A stretch of 61,684 nucleotides of DNA, counting the filler. It is 5 parts of 5 records of this genome, joined end to end, with 100 filler letters (N's around TTAATTAATTAA, not from the genome) between each part and the next. Parts side by side here need not be neighbours in the genome. Positions count along the whole stretch, not along the records: positions 14,563 to 33,907 come from SRR20825010_6307; 4 more parts are not named here. One strand, written 5' to 3'. Of this stretch, positions 18,188 through 27,887 are shown one piece after another. The position numbers and the translations under genes were made by a program. Position 1 is the first letter of the stretch; each line of letters opens with the position of its first letter. The notes under the pieces were generated by a model, which saw only the letters and a list, made by a program, of their open reading frames with translations, did not search any database and was not told where the DNA came from.

Positions 18188-19434
18188 GCTCCAGAAATAA
18201 CCAATTCGTTTTGCAGGTACACCACTGCCAAACTGAACAACACGGCAATGCCTGAATAAAGCAGAGAACCCACGAAGGCAAGAATGGCGAATCGGCGCGC
18301 AGCTGAATTGGCCATTTCTTCACGGGTTTGGGAAATAGAGGCCAGGCATTCTGCAAGCTGAGCCTGGTCTTTGTGAGCGCGAATCAGCAGGCGCTCACTG
18401 CTGTCGAGCAACATGTGGTTAAACGCACTGGCTGGTTGTTCGCCAATTTCGCTTCTGTTGATAATGTCTTCCCAAAAGCGGTTGATGGTTGGGGTAATGG
18501 TGCCCTTGCGCGCAATTTGTACGGCATTGAGAAAAACCACACCACCAGTCAGCAGTGAACCCAAAACCCGGGTGGTGGCTGCCATGCCCGATGAAATAAG
18601 CAAATGCCCGATTACGGGCGCCTTCTCCAGCATGCCAAATGCCTGGGTTCGGGTTTTCTGGTCTGGAGAAAGCACCAACATGGTGAAGTAAATCAACACC
18701 AGAATGAATACAAATGAAAAGATCAACAGGCCGTTGTTCACGTGTTCGGCCAACAGGAGGGAGCGTTCAAACTGGGCTATTTTTTCAGGGTCCTCGCTCA
18801 TTAAGGGTGTGGTTTTTAATTGCTCGATCAATCCGAAACGCATTCCGATTACGGTCGATACCGCCATGATCAAATCGAGTGCAGTCCATGCCACCGCACC
18901 AAACATCAGCTTGAGTGTGGCTGAGCCTTTTTCGTAAAAACCCACCGCAGTTTCAAGCGCCTGGCTTAGCTGCCCAGCGGCTTCACCCGCACGCAACACC
19001 GCCAGTGTTGAATCATCAAACCAGTTCAGCAACTCAAGCGATTGAACAAACCCAAAACCCTGACGAAGTGCATTCAAGGCCTGGTTCAGCACCAGCCTTT
19101 GCTCGCCAAGTTCACCGAGAATTACCTGCTCCAGGGCTTTCTCGGGCGACAAACCAGAACGCACATTGAAAGCTAGCGCTTGCAAAAACTTTTGCTTGTA
19201 ACCCCTGCTGACTTTGGATCCAAACAAACGTTGAAGTGTGCCTTTGGCACGCACTTCAATGATGTCGAGAACCACACCGCCACGGTCTATCACCTGTTGT
19301 ATGGCTTCGCGTTTTCGGGAGGCGGTAATGACAAGTTCATGCCGGAAGTAGCCGCTTAAGCGATCATCTGGCCTGGCTGTAGCGTCGAGCATTTGGGGGG
19401 CGAGGTAAAAAACCCTGTAGTTGACAATCGCCAT
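18184..19434 (-). CDS. T2SS-F/PilC family inner-membrane platform protein
   Basis: LAFNVRSGLSPEKAL, LRAGEAAGQLSQAL, and a second repeat LGSLLTGGV; three TM regions. Confidence 0.88.
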   Translation of the reverse strand: MAIVNYRVFYLAPQMLDATARPDDRLSGYFRHELVITASRKREAIQQVIDRGGVVLDIIEVRAKGTLQRLFGSKVSRGYKQKFLQALAFNVRSGLSPEKALEQVILGELGEQRLVLNQALNALRQGFGFVQSLELLNWFDDSTLAVLRAGEAAGQLSQALETAVGFYEKGSATLKLMFGAVAWTALDLIMAVSTVIGMRFGLIEQLKTTPLMSEDPEKIAQFERSLLLAEHVNNGLLIFSFVFILVLIYFTMLVLSPDQKTRTQAFGMLEKAPVIGHLLISSGMAATTRVLGSLLTGGVVFLNAVQIARKGTITPTINRFWEDIINRSEIGEQPASAFNHMLLDSSERLLIRAHKDQAQLAECLASISQTREEMANSAARRFAILAFVGSLLYSGIAVLFSLAVVYLQNELVISGA

Positions 19435-19437
19435 TTT

Positions 19438-21135
19438 TTATTCCGCCACGCCGAAAAGCTGGGCTACGCTTTGCCAATCAACCAGCCCCTGATCCATCAA
19501 TGTTTGAAGGGTTTTAAGCCGGCTGGTGTATTCAACGCCGTTTTCTTCCCTCAAATCAATTGGCAGCTCCAGTTCATGATTCTTGAATGCACGCACGAAT
19601 TTGGCGCGCATGCCCTCGTCGACGGGAATGTGCAATGTTTCATGGGCGGCCACCCGGCCGGAATAACCGCTACCAAGACAACGGGTGCAGCCTGTCTTTT
19701 TTTTCAAACCAGAGCGCGCCTGGATCAAACCCCCGGTCAACTGCACAATACCGGGGTTGATTTGCTCAATTTCGTCGTTGTGCATTGGCTTGGCACAGGA
19801 ACACAAACGACGCATGAGGCGCTGGTGAACGATCATGCGCAGAAAGTGCGCAATCAGGAATTCAGAATCGGAACGGTGTGCGGAATCGATCATCGACAAA
19901 AACCGTTCAGTGACCTGAATCACGCTGTTTGCGTGAATGGTGGAGATGACCAAGTGACCACTTTCCGCAAATGCCAGCGCCGCGCGGGCGGAGTCGGCAT
20001 CGCGAATTTCACCGAAAATCAGGATATCCGGATCTTGCCGCAGAATTGAACGTTCAAGATCAATCGCTTTTTGTTTGACCAAGGCCTGAAGTTGAATTTG
20101 TTTTGCAAAAGGCAAAATGTATTCAACCGGGTCTTCAACAGTAATAATGTTCATGGCATCGCGACGAAAACCGCATGCCACGGTGTATTGCGTGGTGCTT
20201 TTGCCGGAACCCGTAGCACCGGAAATAAATACTAGGCCGCCTGTTTTACCGGTTTGCTGTGTAATGCCTCGAATCAAACCCATCATCTTCGGCTGCCCGG
20301 GAAACAGGGCAGACAAGCTGGGCAACAGCGACACATCGAGTGCGCGAAGCACTAGCGATTCACCATCGACCAATGGCTGTGTGGATATACGAAAGTCGAC
20401 CACACGGCCTTCATGCTCGACTGTCAAGCGACCGTCTTGCGCGGTGCGGTTATTAGAGGCGTCCATGCCCGCTTCAATCTTGATTCGCGCCACCAGCGAT
20501 TGCATCAGCAACTCGGGCAACAAATGGGTTTGACGCATCACGGAGTCAACACGGTAGGCGATCCATGCGTCTGGATCGGACTTTCGACTTAGGTGAATAT
20601 CGCTTGCCCTAAGTGCCAAGGCTTCTTTCAAAACCGCATACACCAGGCCACGCAATCGCCCTGCTTCCAAACCATCAGACCGAAGAACGGATATCAGTCC
20701 GTTCACTGAACCGGACTGCTCAATGCGCATCAGCACATCAAAAACTTCCTGGCGGCTGGCTGGCAACACCCGCAAGGCTTGAACCGAGGTTCTCAACACC
20801 TCCTGAATGCGTTTGCGCTGGGCTGCACTTAGGGGTTGTGCACATTTCAGCGTCAACACACCTTTTGAAAATTCCGTGGGCACACAAACAAATCGACGGC
20901 AGTATTCAAGCGGCAAGATTGTTTGAAGTGTGAAATGATCACCAATCACCCCGAGGTCACTTTCCTGGTCGTCTTCCTGCAGGTCATCGCTGTTGATAAA
21001 GCGAGATCGCAGTGCCAAGCTGGACAAATCAGCGGAGCGTCCCTCGGCGCGCAAGTGCGCATGTTGCTGACGCAACATCGACAACTGGTGGGCGTCGAGG
21101 CCGGCTTCTGTCAAATCGCTTTCGCTGCTTTTCAT
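19438..21135 (-). CDS. GspE/PilB family assembly ATPase
   Basis: ASDIH, AQDGR, Walker A GATGSGKST, TVEDPVEY, LRQDPDILIFGEIRD, STIHAN and tetracysteine motifs. Confidence 0.95.
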   Translation of the reverse strand: MKSSESDLTEAGLDAHQLSMLRQQHAHLRAEGRSADLSSLALRSRFINSDDLQEDDQESDLGVIGDHFTLQTILPLEYCRRFVCVPTEFSKGVLTLKCAQPLSAAQRKRIQEVLRTSVQALRVLPASRQEVFDVLMRIEQSGSVNGLISVLRSDGLEAGRLRGLVYAVLKEALALRASDIHLSRKSDPDAWIAYRVDSVMRQTHLLPELLMQSLVARIKIEAGMDASNNRTAQDGRLTVEHEGRVVDFRISTQPLVDGESLVLRALDVSLLPSLSALFPGQPKMMGLIRGITQQTGKTGGLVFISGATGSGKSTTQYTVACGFRRDAMNIITVEDPVEYILPFAKQIQLQALVKQKAIDLERSILRQDPDILIFGEIRDADSARAALAFAESGHLVISTIHANSVIQVTERFLSMIDSAHRSDSEFLIAHFLRMIVHQRLMRRLCSCAKPMHNDEIEQINPGIVQLTGGLIQARSGLKKKTGCTRCLGSGYSGRVAAHETLHIPVDEGMRAKFVRAFKNHELELPIDLREENGVEYTSRLKTLQTLMDQGLVDWQSVAQLFGVAE

Positions 21136-21156
21136 GATGTGTTGCCCTGCGTGCCG

Positions 21157-21972
21157 CTAGAATGGTGCCGAAGAGCCAAAACCAGGTTGACCCGTACTTT
21201 GGTTTCCACCACCAAATGGTGAACCAAAGTTACCTTGCTGGTTGCCACCCGGTGTGTTGGGTGAAAATGCCTGCGTATTCAATTTCGGGACCAGGTAATT
21301 GAAGGCTTCGGTTTCAACTTTCAACAACTGCGAATCGCCAGGCACTTGTACAACCCCGCCATTGCTCGATTCAAGGGCACCGTAAAACACGTTAACCCAG
21401 CCGCCCCTGCCGCTTAACCAATCCACTGTCACTTCCTGACCTGTTACCTTGGCACGCACTGAATAACCAGCCACGTTGACCACTTGCCCAACGCGCAGGC
21501 GAATAACAGCCGTAGAGCGTAAAACATTACGAACAGTGGTTTGGGCTTCCTGCGGTGCCTGGCTGTTTGCCCCCTGCGAAGTGGACGGCGCAGCAACCGG
21601 GGTTTGTACCAATTCATTGCTGACCTTGCGCATCACGATTGCATTTTGAATGTATGCAGTAACCTGCATGTTCGAAAACAGATTCGCAAGTGCAGTGGGC
21701 ACCACGGCGGAATTCAAAGCCTGTTGTTGTATGTTCAAATCTTCCTGGGTAATTCGTCGAGCGGCCTGGTTTCTCACCTCTTCAGAATCGCCTTGGCTGC
21801 CCTCGGCAGATGCAGGGTTACCACCTGCGGGTGCAGCGGGCTTGGCTTCCTTGCTGTCGGTCAGGCCGGCAGGACGTATCAATGGGTTGGCAATGGTTTG
21901 CGCCACAGCAACAGCTGGAAATGCACCTGCAAGCATGAGAACCAGTACACCGGGTTGAATAAAATTTTTCAT
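21157..21972 (-). CDS. secreted pilus-associated protein (PilP-like position)
   Basis: Signal peptide AVA-Q and an NPLIRP motif; lies between the secretin and the ATPase. Confidence 0.6.
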   Translation of the reverse strand: MKNFIQPGVLVLMLAGAFPAVAVAQTIANPLIRPAGLTDSKEAKPAAPAGGNPASAEGSQGDSEEVRNQAARRITQEDLNIQQQALNSAVVPTALANLFSNMQVTAYIQNAIVMRKVSNELVQTPVAAPSTSQGANSQAPQEAQTTVRNVLRSTAVIRLRVGQVVNVAGYSVRAKVTGQEVTVDWLSGRGGWVNVFYGALESSNGGVVQVPGDSQLLKVETEAFNYLVPKLNTQAFSPNTPGGNQQGNFGSPFGGGNQSTGQPGFGSSAPF

Positions 21973-21979
21973 GTTGACC

Positions 21980-23665
21980 TCAAGGATTGACCTTGCCCAA
22001 CCGGGACAACATCTGGGTAGGTTGTGGCATCGCGCTCAATTGGGTGGACATTCTTAACGCACCGCTCTTTGACTGGGCCAGCTCCAGTTGTGCAACTGGC
22101 TCCACCTCTATTTCAGGCTCGGGCTGGGGTTTTAAATTGGGCGCAGGTTGGGAGGGTACTTCCTGGCGAACAGCAGGCTTTACATCTTGCTCAACAGAAA
22201 TGTTGAGGGCAGCCTGACGGGTGTCATCAAACATCAGCAAACGCGGGCGAATAGTGACCACCAATTCTGTTTGCTTGGTGCTTTTCACCTTGCTGAATAT
22301 ACCCAGGCCTTCCTGGGAATCGTCTTGCGCACGCGACACGGTGATACCACCCAGCAAAATAGTGTCGCCGGGGCGGCAGCGGATCTGGGTTTTCAGTTCC
22401 CGATCAGCCACTTCAGGCAGGTTCAGGTCTACACCCAGTGCAGTAAAACGCTTGAGGGCCAGCAGTTCCGTGATCGAAATGTTGATACGTGTGTAAATGG
22501 TAGAGTCGTGCGACTCGCCGGTCAGAGAAACCTCCAGACCTGTGCGCAGGTTTTGCGTATCGGCTGTTGATTGCGCCACACCGTTGACAATTTGCGAACC
22601 CACGCGGGAAACAAATGTGGTTGACTGCCCAACCCGGATATTGCCGTTGGTGCCGTTCATCAGGCCAATCTTGGGTTGGCTTAGTGTTTTTACATCCCCC
22701 TGGGACCGCAGAAAATCCAGCAAAAAGTTGGTCGAAAAATTCTCGCCAAAAATAAGTGTCTCAATGCCGGTTGATGAGCGGCTGATTTGTGTCACCCGGC
22801 TTAAACTGTCGCTGGCACTGCCCCCGATGATTCCGGAATCAGGCGCTGTGTTGATGCCGGTACCGGTTTTGTAAAGCTCCCAGCGAATACCCATGTTCGA
22901 TGAATCGTTCAAATCAACCTGCAACACATTCATGTCGTACACAATCAGCGAACGGGTTGCACGGGCCTTGTCCATATAGCTTTTGATGTCGGTTAGCGCG
23001 CGGCGGTTCGCGCGAAACACCAGGGATCGGTTGATTCGGTCCAGATAAACATCTTTCGCACCCAGGTACTGCATGGTGTTGGTTACACCGGCCATGCTGT
23101 CTTCGTTCAACACGGGCGGCATGGTCACCACAAATTGTTGTTCAGGCATGATGCGAAGTACACCCGATTCACTGACCGCCCAGAAAAAGCCCATGATCTC
23201 GCCAAGCTGATTCATCACGCTCGACAAATTGCCATTCAAATTATTGAGCGTAACCACCCCGTAACGGGACGCAGCATCTGCGCCACCCTCGAAACTCAGC
23301 GGCATGTTGGTGTCGGCGAAAATGATCTGCAACACATCGAACAAACCACGCTCGGTTACCGACAAGTTTCTGACCTGAAGGTCAGGCAGTTGACCACCCG
23401 ACATTTGGGGGCGAACCCAGAAAGTGTCCGAAGGCAAACGCTCGATTGGCAGAGTTCGTTGCGAAATATTGCCCTCCGACGAAGAAATTTCGGGTGCGGT
23501 CAGTTCCGGGGTCTTGATCTTGTTTTTAAACAGCTGCATATCCCCGGCTGAATTCAAGGATGAGCAAGCAGCTGCGCCTAAAGCGACAGCCACGTAAACA
23601 CCAATTCTGCTCACCGTCAAAACGGTGTTTAATGCGGTGTTGTTGGCTTTCATACTGTTGTTCAC
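21980..23665 (-). CDS. lipoprotein secretin (PilN/BfpB/MshL-like)
   Basis: Lipobox GAAA-C; secretin domain LRSQGDVKTLSQPKI...GDTILLGGI...ELVVTIRP. Confidence 0.9.
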   Translation of the reverse strand: MNNSMKANNTALNTVLTVSRIGVYVAVALGAAACSSLNSAGDMQLFKNKIKTPELTAPEISSSEGNISQRTLPIERLPSDTFWVRPQMSGGQLPDLQVRNLSVTERGLFDVLQIIFADTNMPLSFEGGADAASRYGVVTLNNLNGNLSSVMNQLGEIMGFFWAVSESGVLRIMPEQQFVVTMPPVLNEDSMAGVTNTMQYLGAKDVYLDRINRSLVFRANRRALTDIKSYMDKARATRSLIVYDMNVLQVDLNDSSNMGIRWELYKTGTGINTAPDSGIIGGSASDSLSRVTQISRSSTGIETLIFGENFSTNFLLDFLRSQGDVKTLSQPKIGLMNGTNGNIRVGQSTTFVSRVGSQIVNGVAQSTADTQNLRTGLEVSLTGESHDSTIYTRINISITELLALKRFTALGVDLNLPEVADRELKTQIRCRPGDTILLGGITVSRAQDDSQEGLGIFSKVKSTKQTELVVTIRPRLLMFDDTRQAALNISVEQDVKPAVRQEVPSQPAPNLKPQPEPEIEVEPVAQLELAQSKSGALRMSTQLSAMPQPTQMLSRLGKVNP

Positions 23666-23792
23666 CCAGTTAAATCGGTACAGTTGAGTATCCTGATACG
23701 GGGTGGGTTAAACATCCCTCTAAGGAGTCACCTCACCAACCCCACCTTTTCGTGGGATAGAACAAAGCCAAGCACTATTCAAGGAGACAAGC

Positions 23793-24266
23793 ATGAAACT
23801 ACTTTTCATCAAGAACGCCCTGCTGGGTCTAGCCGCAAGCACGTTGCTAATTGGTATTGCCAGCGCCCAAAGTGCCGCGGCCGAGAAGCGCATGAACACG
23901 CAAGACATTACCTCCAAAGTGGTTTACCACATCAATGATGCCGAAACCCAGGCACTGGGGGCATTGAGGAACTTGCGCAACCACCTGGACGTTTCGCCCA
24001 AAACCACCATCATTGTGGTGAGCCACGCCACGGGCGTGGACTTCCTGATGGAAGGTGCCAAACATGAGAAAACTGGCACTGCTTACGCACCGTTGGTGAG
24101 CGCACTGACGGCCCGTGGTGTGCGGTTCGAGGTGTGTGAAATTACCCTGAAAAACCGCAACCTGAAAAAAGAGCAGTTTGTGATGGAGGCTGAATTTACA
24201 CCTTCCGGTGTGGTTCGCATTGCCGATTTACAAACCCAACAGGGCTTTGCTTACCTTAAACCTTAA
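23793..24266 (+). CDS. periplasmic DsrE-family protein
   Basis: Signal peptide; KVVYHIND...RNLRNHL, VCEITL, PSGVVRIADLQ..GFAYLKP. Confidence 0.85.
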   Translation: MKLLFIKNALLGLAASTLLIGIASAQSAAAEKRMNTQDITSKVVYHINDAETQALGALRNLRNHLDVSPKTTIIVVSHATGVDFLMEGAKHEKTGTAYAPLVSALTARGVRFEVCEITLKNRNLKKEQFVMEAEFTPSGVVRIADLQTQQGFAYLKP

Positions 24267-24278
24267 TATCAATTTGCC

Positions 24279-25571
24279 ATGCACTTGAATTCAAACAAGT
24301 CTGTATCGCCCCTCACCGTGTTGTGGTGCGGGGCTTTCATCATGACCATCTCACTGGGCATCCGCCATTCATTTGGCCTGTTTCTGCAACCGGTCAGCTT
24401 GAGCAATGAATGGGGGCGGGAAATATTCGCTTTCTCGATTGCCATGCAGAACCTGGTGTGGGGGGTGGCGCAACCCTTCGTGGGCCGAATGGCCGACCGG
24501 CTGGGCTCGGCCATCACCATGATTCTGGGTGGCGTGCTATATGCCTTGGGCTTGTTCTTGATGAGTACCGTTGACAGCCCCGGCATGTTGACTTTGAGTG
24601 CGGGCATTTTGATCGGTTTGGGCTTGAGTGGCACCACCTTCCCGGTGGTATTTGGTGCTGTCAGCCGTGCCATGCCACCCGAAAAACGCAGCATGGCCAT
24701 GGGTATTTCCATGGCACTCGGTTCGCTTGGGCAATTCGCTTTTCTGCCCGGCGGCCTGTTTCTGATCAATGAATTTGGCTGGTCATCGGCCCTCACCGTG
24801 CTAAGTTGCATTGCAGTGCTGATATTGGCATTGGCCTGGCCGCTGGTGGAGAAAAAAGCAAAAACTGTACTGGTGGACGAAACACCCTGCAGTGCTGAAT
24901 GCCCAAATACAGCTTCACACCACGAAACGTTGCCGATGCCCGCCCAGAAAGAGTTGGGTATGTGGGCATCGCTTGCAGAAGCCATGCGACACAAGGCTTT
25001 CCTCATGCTGAGCGTGGGCTATTTCGTGTGCGGCTTTCAAATTCTGTTTATCAGCGTACACCTGCCCAGCTACCTGCAAGACAGCGGCATACCCGCCAGT
25101 GCTGGCAGCAATGCGTTGGCGCTGATTGGCTTGTTCAACATTCTGGGAAGTTACTTGGCCGGGCTTTGGGGTGGGCAATTTCGCAAACCCATGCTGCTTA
25201 GCGGCATTTATGGCTTGAGGGGTTTGCTGATTGTGGCGTTTGTTTTGTTACCACTGACCACCTGGAGCGTGTATTTGTTTGCCGCATGCATGGGCGTTCT
25301 GTGGCTTTCCACCGTGCCGTTGACCACGGGCACTGTTTCAGCCATGTTCGGCGTGAAAAACCTGTCTATGCTGGGCGGCCTGGTGTTCATGTTCCATCAA
25401 ATTGGTGCTTTTGTGGGCGGCTGGCTGGGCGGCTTGTTATTTGATGCCACAGGTAGTTACCAACTGGTGTGGTGGCTTTGTGTGGCTTTAAGTGTAATTG
25501 CGGCTGCGGTAAACTGGCCTATCGAGGAAAAAAGCGCGCAACCCAATGAACCCGCAACACAAGCCGCCTGA
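24279..25571 (+). CDS. MFS transporter
   Basis: About 12 TMs; GRMADRLG motif A. Confidence 0.92.
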   Translation: MHLNSNKSVSPLTVLWCGAFIMTISLGIRHSFGLFLQPVSLSNEWGREIFAFSIAMQNLVWGVAQPFVGRMADRLGSAITMILGGVLYALGLFLMSTVDSPGMLTLSAGILIGLGLSGTTFPVVFGAVSRAMPPEKRSMAMGISMALGSLGQFAFLPGGLFLINEFGWSSALTVLSCIAVLILALAWPLVEKKAKTVLVDETPCSAECPNTASHHETLPMPAQKELGMWASLAEAMRHKAFLMLSVGYFVCGFQILFISVHLPSYLQDSGIPASAGSNALALIGLFNILGSYLAGLWGGQFRKPMLLSGIYGLRGLLIVAFVLLPLTTWSVYLFAACMGVLWLSTVPLTTGTVSAMFGVKNLSMLGGLVFMFHQIGAFVGGWLGGLLFDATGSYQLVWWLCVALSVIAAAVNWPIEEKSAQPNEPATQAA

Positions 25572-25701
25572 AAGCGCCGATCGTTTGATGCCCCGCTGGG
25601 CCAAAGTGGCCCTGATATTGGTCGCCTTGCTGATCACGCTGGGTTACGCCAGCCCGGACATGCGGGCTGTGTATGTTGCTGCGTGGGCGGCTTGTTTTTG
25701 A
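25546..25701 (+). CDS. small single-TM protein (51 aa), missed by the ORF track
   Basis: MNPQHKPPESADRLMPRWAKVALILVALLITLGYASPDMRAVYVAAWAACF; overlaps the MFS stop. Alternative start at 25588. Confidence 0.55.
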   Translation: MNPQHKPPESADRLMPRWAKVALILVALLITLGYASPDMRAVYVAAWAACF

Positions 25702-25726
25702 TGATTCGATTGCAATTTGGTGCCAA

Positions 25727-25918
25727 CGAGGCTTCTGGTTAAGTTGCAAGGCCTGCGATTCAAGGAAATCTACCAACATCAACCTGGCGACACTGCTCAC
25801 CGCAGGTGAGAACCCGAGCTCGCCCATCTTTTTTGGCGTGGCGGGTTTAAGTGGGGCAGGTTTGTATGGCGGGAATTCAGATTTTCAAGCAGGCCTTGCA
25901 ACTTAACCAGAAGCCTCG
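25727..25918. mobile_element. MITE with perfect 30-bp terminal inverted repeats
   Basis: CGAGGCTTCTGGTTAAGTTGCAAGGCCTGC (25727-25756) and its exact reverse complement at 25889-25918. Confidence 0.75.
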
Positions 25919-25933
25919 CGATCAGCCGCTTGG

Positions 25934-26683
25934 CTACGCCAGCAACGCGAACATCCACGGTATTAGCAACGCGCCAAATATGCCATGCAAACCCATGCCC
26001 AGGCTGGCATACCGCCCGGCTTCGGGATGCACTGAAAACGCCCGTGCCGTGCCAATGCCATGCGCAGCCAAGCCCATGGTGAAGCCGCGCACCCACCAAC
26101 GCTTCATGCCCATTGAATTGAACAGCACAGTGCCCACCGCCGCGCCCAAAATGCCGGTCACAATCGCAAACAGGGCTGTTAGCGTGGGGGATGCGCCAAT
26201 GCGTTCACTGACACCCATGGCAATCGGTGCTGTAACGGATTTTGCCCACAAGCTTTGAACAATGTCCATATTGGCACCCAGCAAGTAAGCCGTGCCCAAA
26301 GCACTTGAAATGGAAAGCGCGCCCCCCACCAGCAAGGCAACACTTAATAACACCAAGGTGCGGATGGTTTGGCCTTTTACCGCTGTTAAACCCTGATAGA
26401 TCGGCACGGCCAGTGCCACAGTTGCAGTACCCAGCAAGAAATGCACAAACTGTGCGCCTTCAAAATACTGCTGATAACTTAAGCCCGTGATTTGCAAAAA
26501 CGCGGCCAGCAACAGCACGGCGATCATTACCGGGTTGGTGAATGGATGTTGCCCGCTTTTTCTGTAACACCACAGGCCAACTTGATAAGCCAGCAAAGTA
26601 AGAAACAAGGCACTCAAGGGGTTGCCACTGAGGTAAACCCAGATTTCGGGCAGTTCAACCAATCGGCGGGTGGTTTCAGTCAT
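25934..26683 (-). CDS. lrgB: LrgB/CidB family membrane protein
   Basis: LLGTATVALAVPIY, KSVTAPIAMG and AHGIGTARA motifs; probable start MTETT at 26683. Confidence 0.92.
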   Translation of the reverse strand: MTETTRRLVELPEIWVYLSGNPLSALFLTLLAYQVGLWCYRKSGQHPFTNPVMIAVLLLAAFLQITGLSYQQYFEGAQFVHFLLGTATVALAVPIYQGLTAVKGQTIRTLVLLSVALLVGGALSISSALGTAYLLGANMDIVQSLWAKSVTAPIAMGVSERIGASPTLTALFAIVTGILGAAVGTVLFNSMGMKRWWVRGFTMGLAAHGIGTARAFSVHPEAGRYASLGMGLHGIFGALLIPWMFALLA

Positions 26684-27050
26684 TTTTCGGGGCCTCACTG
26701 ACATCGCCCGGCATGAAACGGGCCGCCAAACGGTCCAGCACCAGGGCAGTTCCCACAAGGGTTACAACAACACTGGTCAACAAAGTGAGCAAGATGACCA
26801 CACCGAACTCGGCCAACACTGGCCAAAAAACCACCACACCCACCGCAGCAGGAATGAACAGCAAGCCCAGGTTGGCCGTGAACACATTGGCCGTGGCTTG
26901 AATGTCGGCTGGCACGCCACCTTTGGCGAAAAAGAATGCCAACAGCGAGATCAAGCCCAATACAGGGCCAGGAATGGACGGAAACAGCGCAAAGCCGAGC
27001 AACTCGCCGAGCGCCTGAAAAGCAAGAAGTATCGTAAGGGATTTAAGCAT
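26676..27050 (-). CDS. CidA/LrgA family holin-like protein
   Basis: FQALGE...IPGPVLG...LLFIPAAVGV. Confidence 0.9.
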   Translation of the reverse strand: MLKSLTILLAFQALGELLGFALFPSIPGPVLGLISLLAFFFAKGGVPADIQATANVFTANLGLLFIPAAVGVVVFWPVLAEFGVVILLTLLTSVVVTLVGTALVLDRLAARFMPGDVSEAPKND

Positions 27051-27154
27051 GTGGCAGTGTAGCGCCATGAAATTTTCATAGTCAACCTGAAAAAGCCTAA
27101 GGCGTTACAATTAAGCCGACAGCAGATATTCAATATAAAAACTCAAGGAATACA

Positions 27155-27826
27155 ATGATGAACAAATTCAAATTATCCGCAGTTGCATTGACCTTATTCG
27201 CAGCAGGCTGCGCCAGCAACGGCAACGGTATTTTCCAGCAACCACAAGCACCGTCACAACCCGCACCGGGATCCCCGGTTGCAGTGGCAGGTTGCCCAAT
27301 TGCGCCTGAACGCAAGGTCGACAACACCAAAACAGCAATTGGTACAGCAGTAGGCGCCATAGGTGGTGCAATTGTTGGCAACACCATTGACGGCAAAGAC
27401 ACCGTGCGCGGTGCCGCCTTGGGTGGCTTGTTCGGCTACCTGGTGGGCAGCCAGATTGCGGTGCGCGAACAGCGCGATGGCTCCGTGATGCTGGACATTC
27501 CCGGCGCTGCCTTGTTTGACACCAACAAAACTGCAATCAAATCCCAATTTGCCGGCACGCTGGATCAAATTGCCGCCACCCTGCGCGACAACCCCAACAC
27601 CATTGTGTGCGTGATCGGCTACACCGACAGCACAGGCAGTGACGAATACAATCAGGACTTGTCGGTACGCCGTGCGCAATCGGTCACCAGCTTCCTGACC
27701 AGCAAGGGCATCAACGGTGGTCGACTAACCGCTGCGGGCCTGGGTGAGCGCTTCCCGGTGGGCAGCAACGACACCGAGGCAGGTCGCACACAAAACCGCC
27801 GCGTTGAAATGTACGTGCGCAACTAA
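27155..27826 (+). CDS. OmpA-family lipoprotein with glycine zipper
   Basis: Lipobox AAG-C; GTAVGAIGGAIVG; GYTDSTGSDEYNQDLSVRRA...NRRVE. Confidence 0.93.
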   Translation: MMNKFKLSAVALTLFAAGCASNGNGIFQQPQAPSQPAPGSPVAVAGCPIAPERKVDNTKTAIGTAVGAIGGAIVGNTIDGKDTVRGAALGGLFGYLVGSQIAVREQRDGSVMLDIPGAALFDTNKTAIKSQFAGTLDQIAATLRDNPNTIVCVIGYTDSTGSDEYNQDLSVRRAQSVTSFLTSKGINGGRLTAAGLGERFPVGSNDTEAGRTQNRRVEMYVRN

Positions 27827-27839
27827 ACGTTTGCTGCAT

Positions 27840-27874
27840 AAAAAAAAGCCACCTCGCAAAAGGTGGCTTTTTTT
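27840..27874. terminator. bidirectional intrinsic terminator
   Basis: AAAAAAAGCCACCT-CGCAAA-AGGTGGCTTTTTTT between convergent genes. Confidence 0.85.
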
Positions 27875-27887
27875 GTGACTTGAATGT

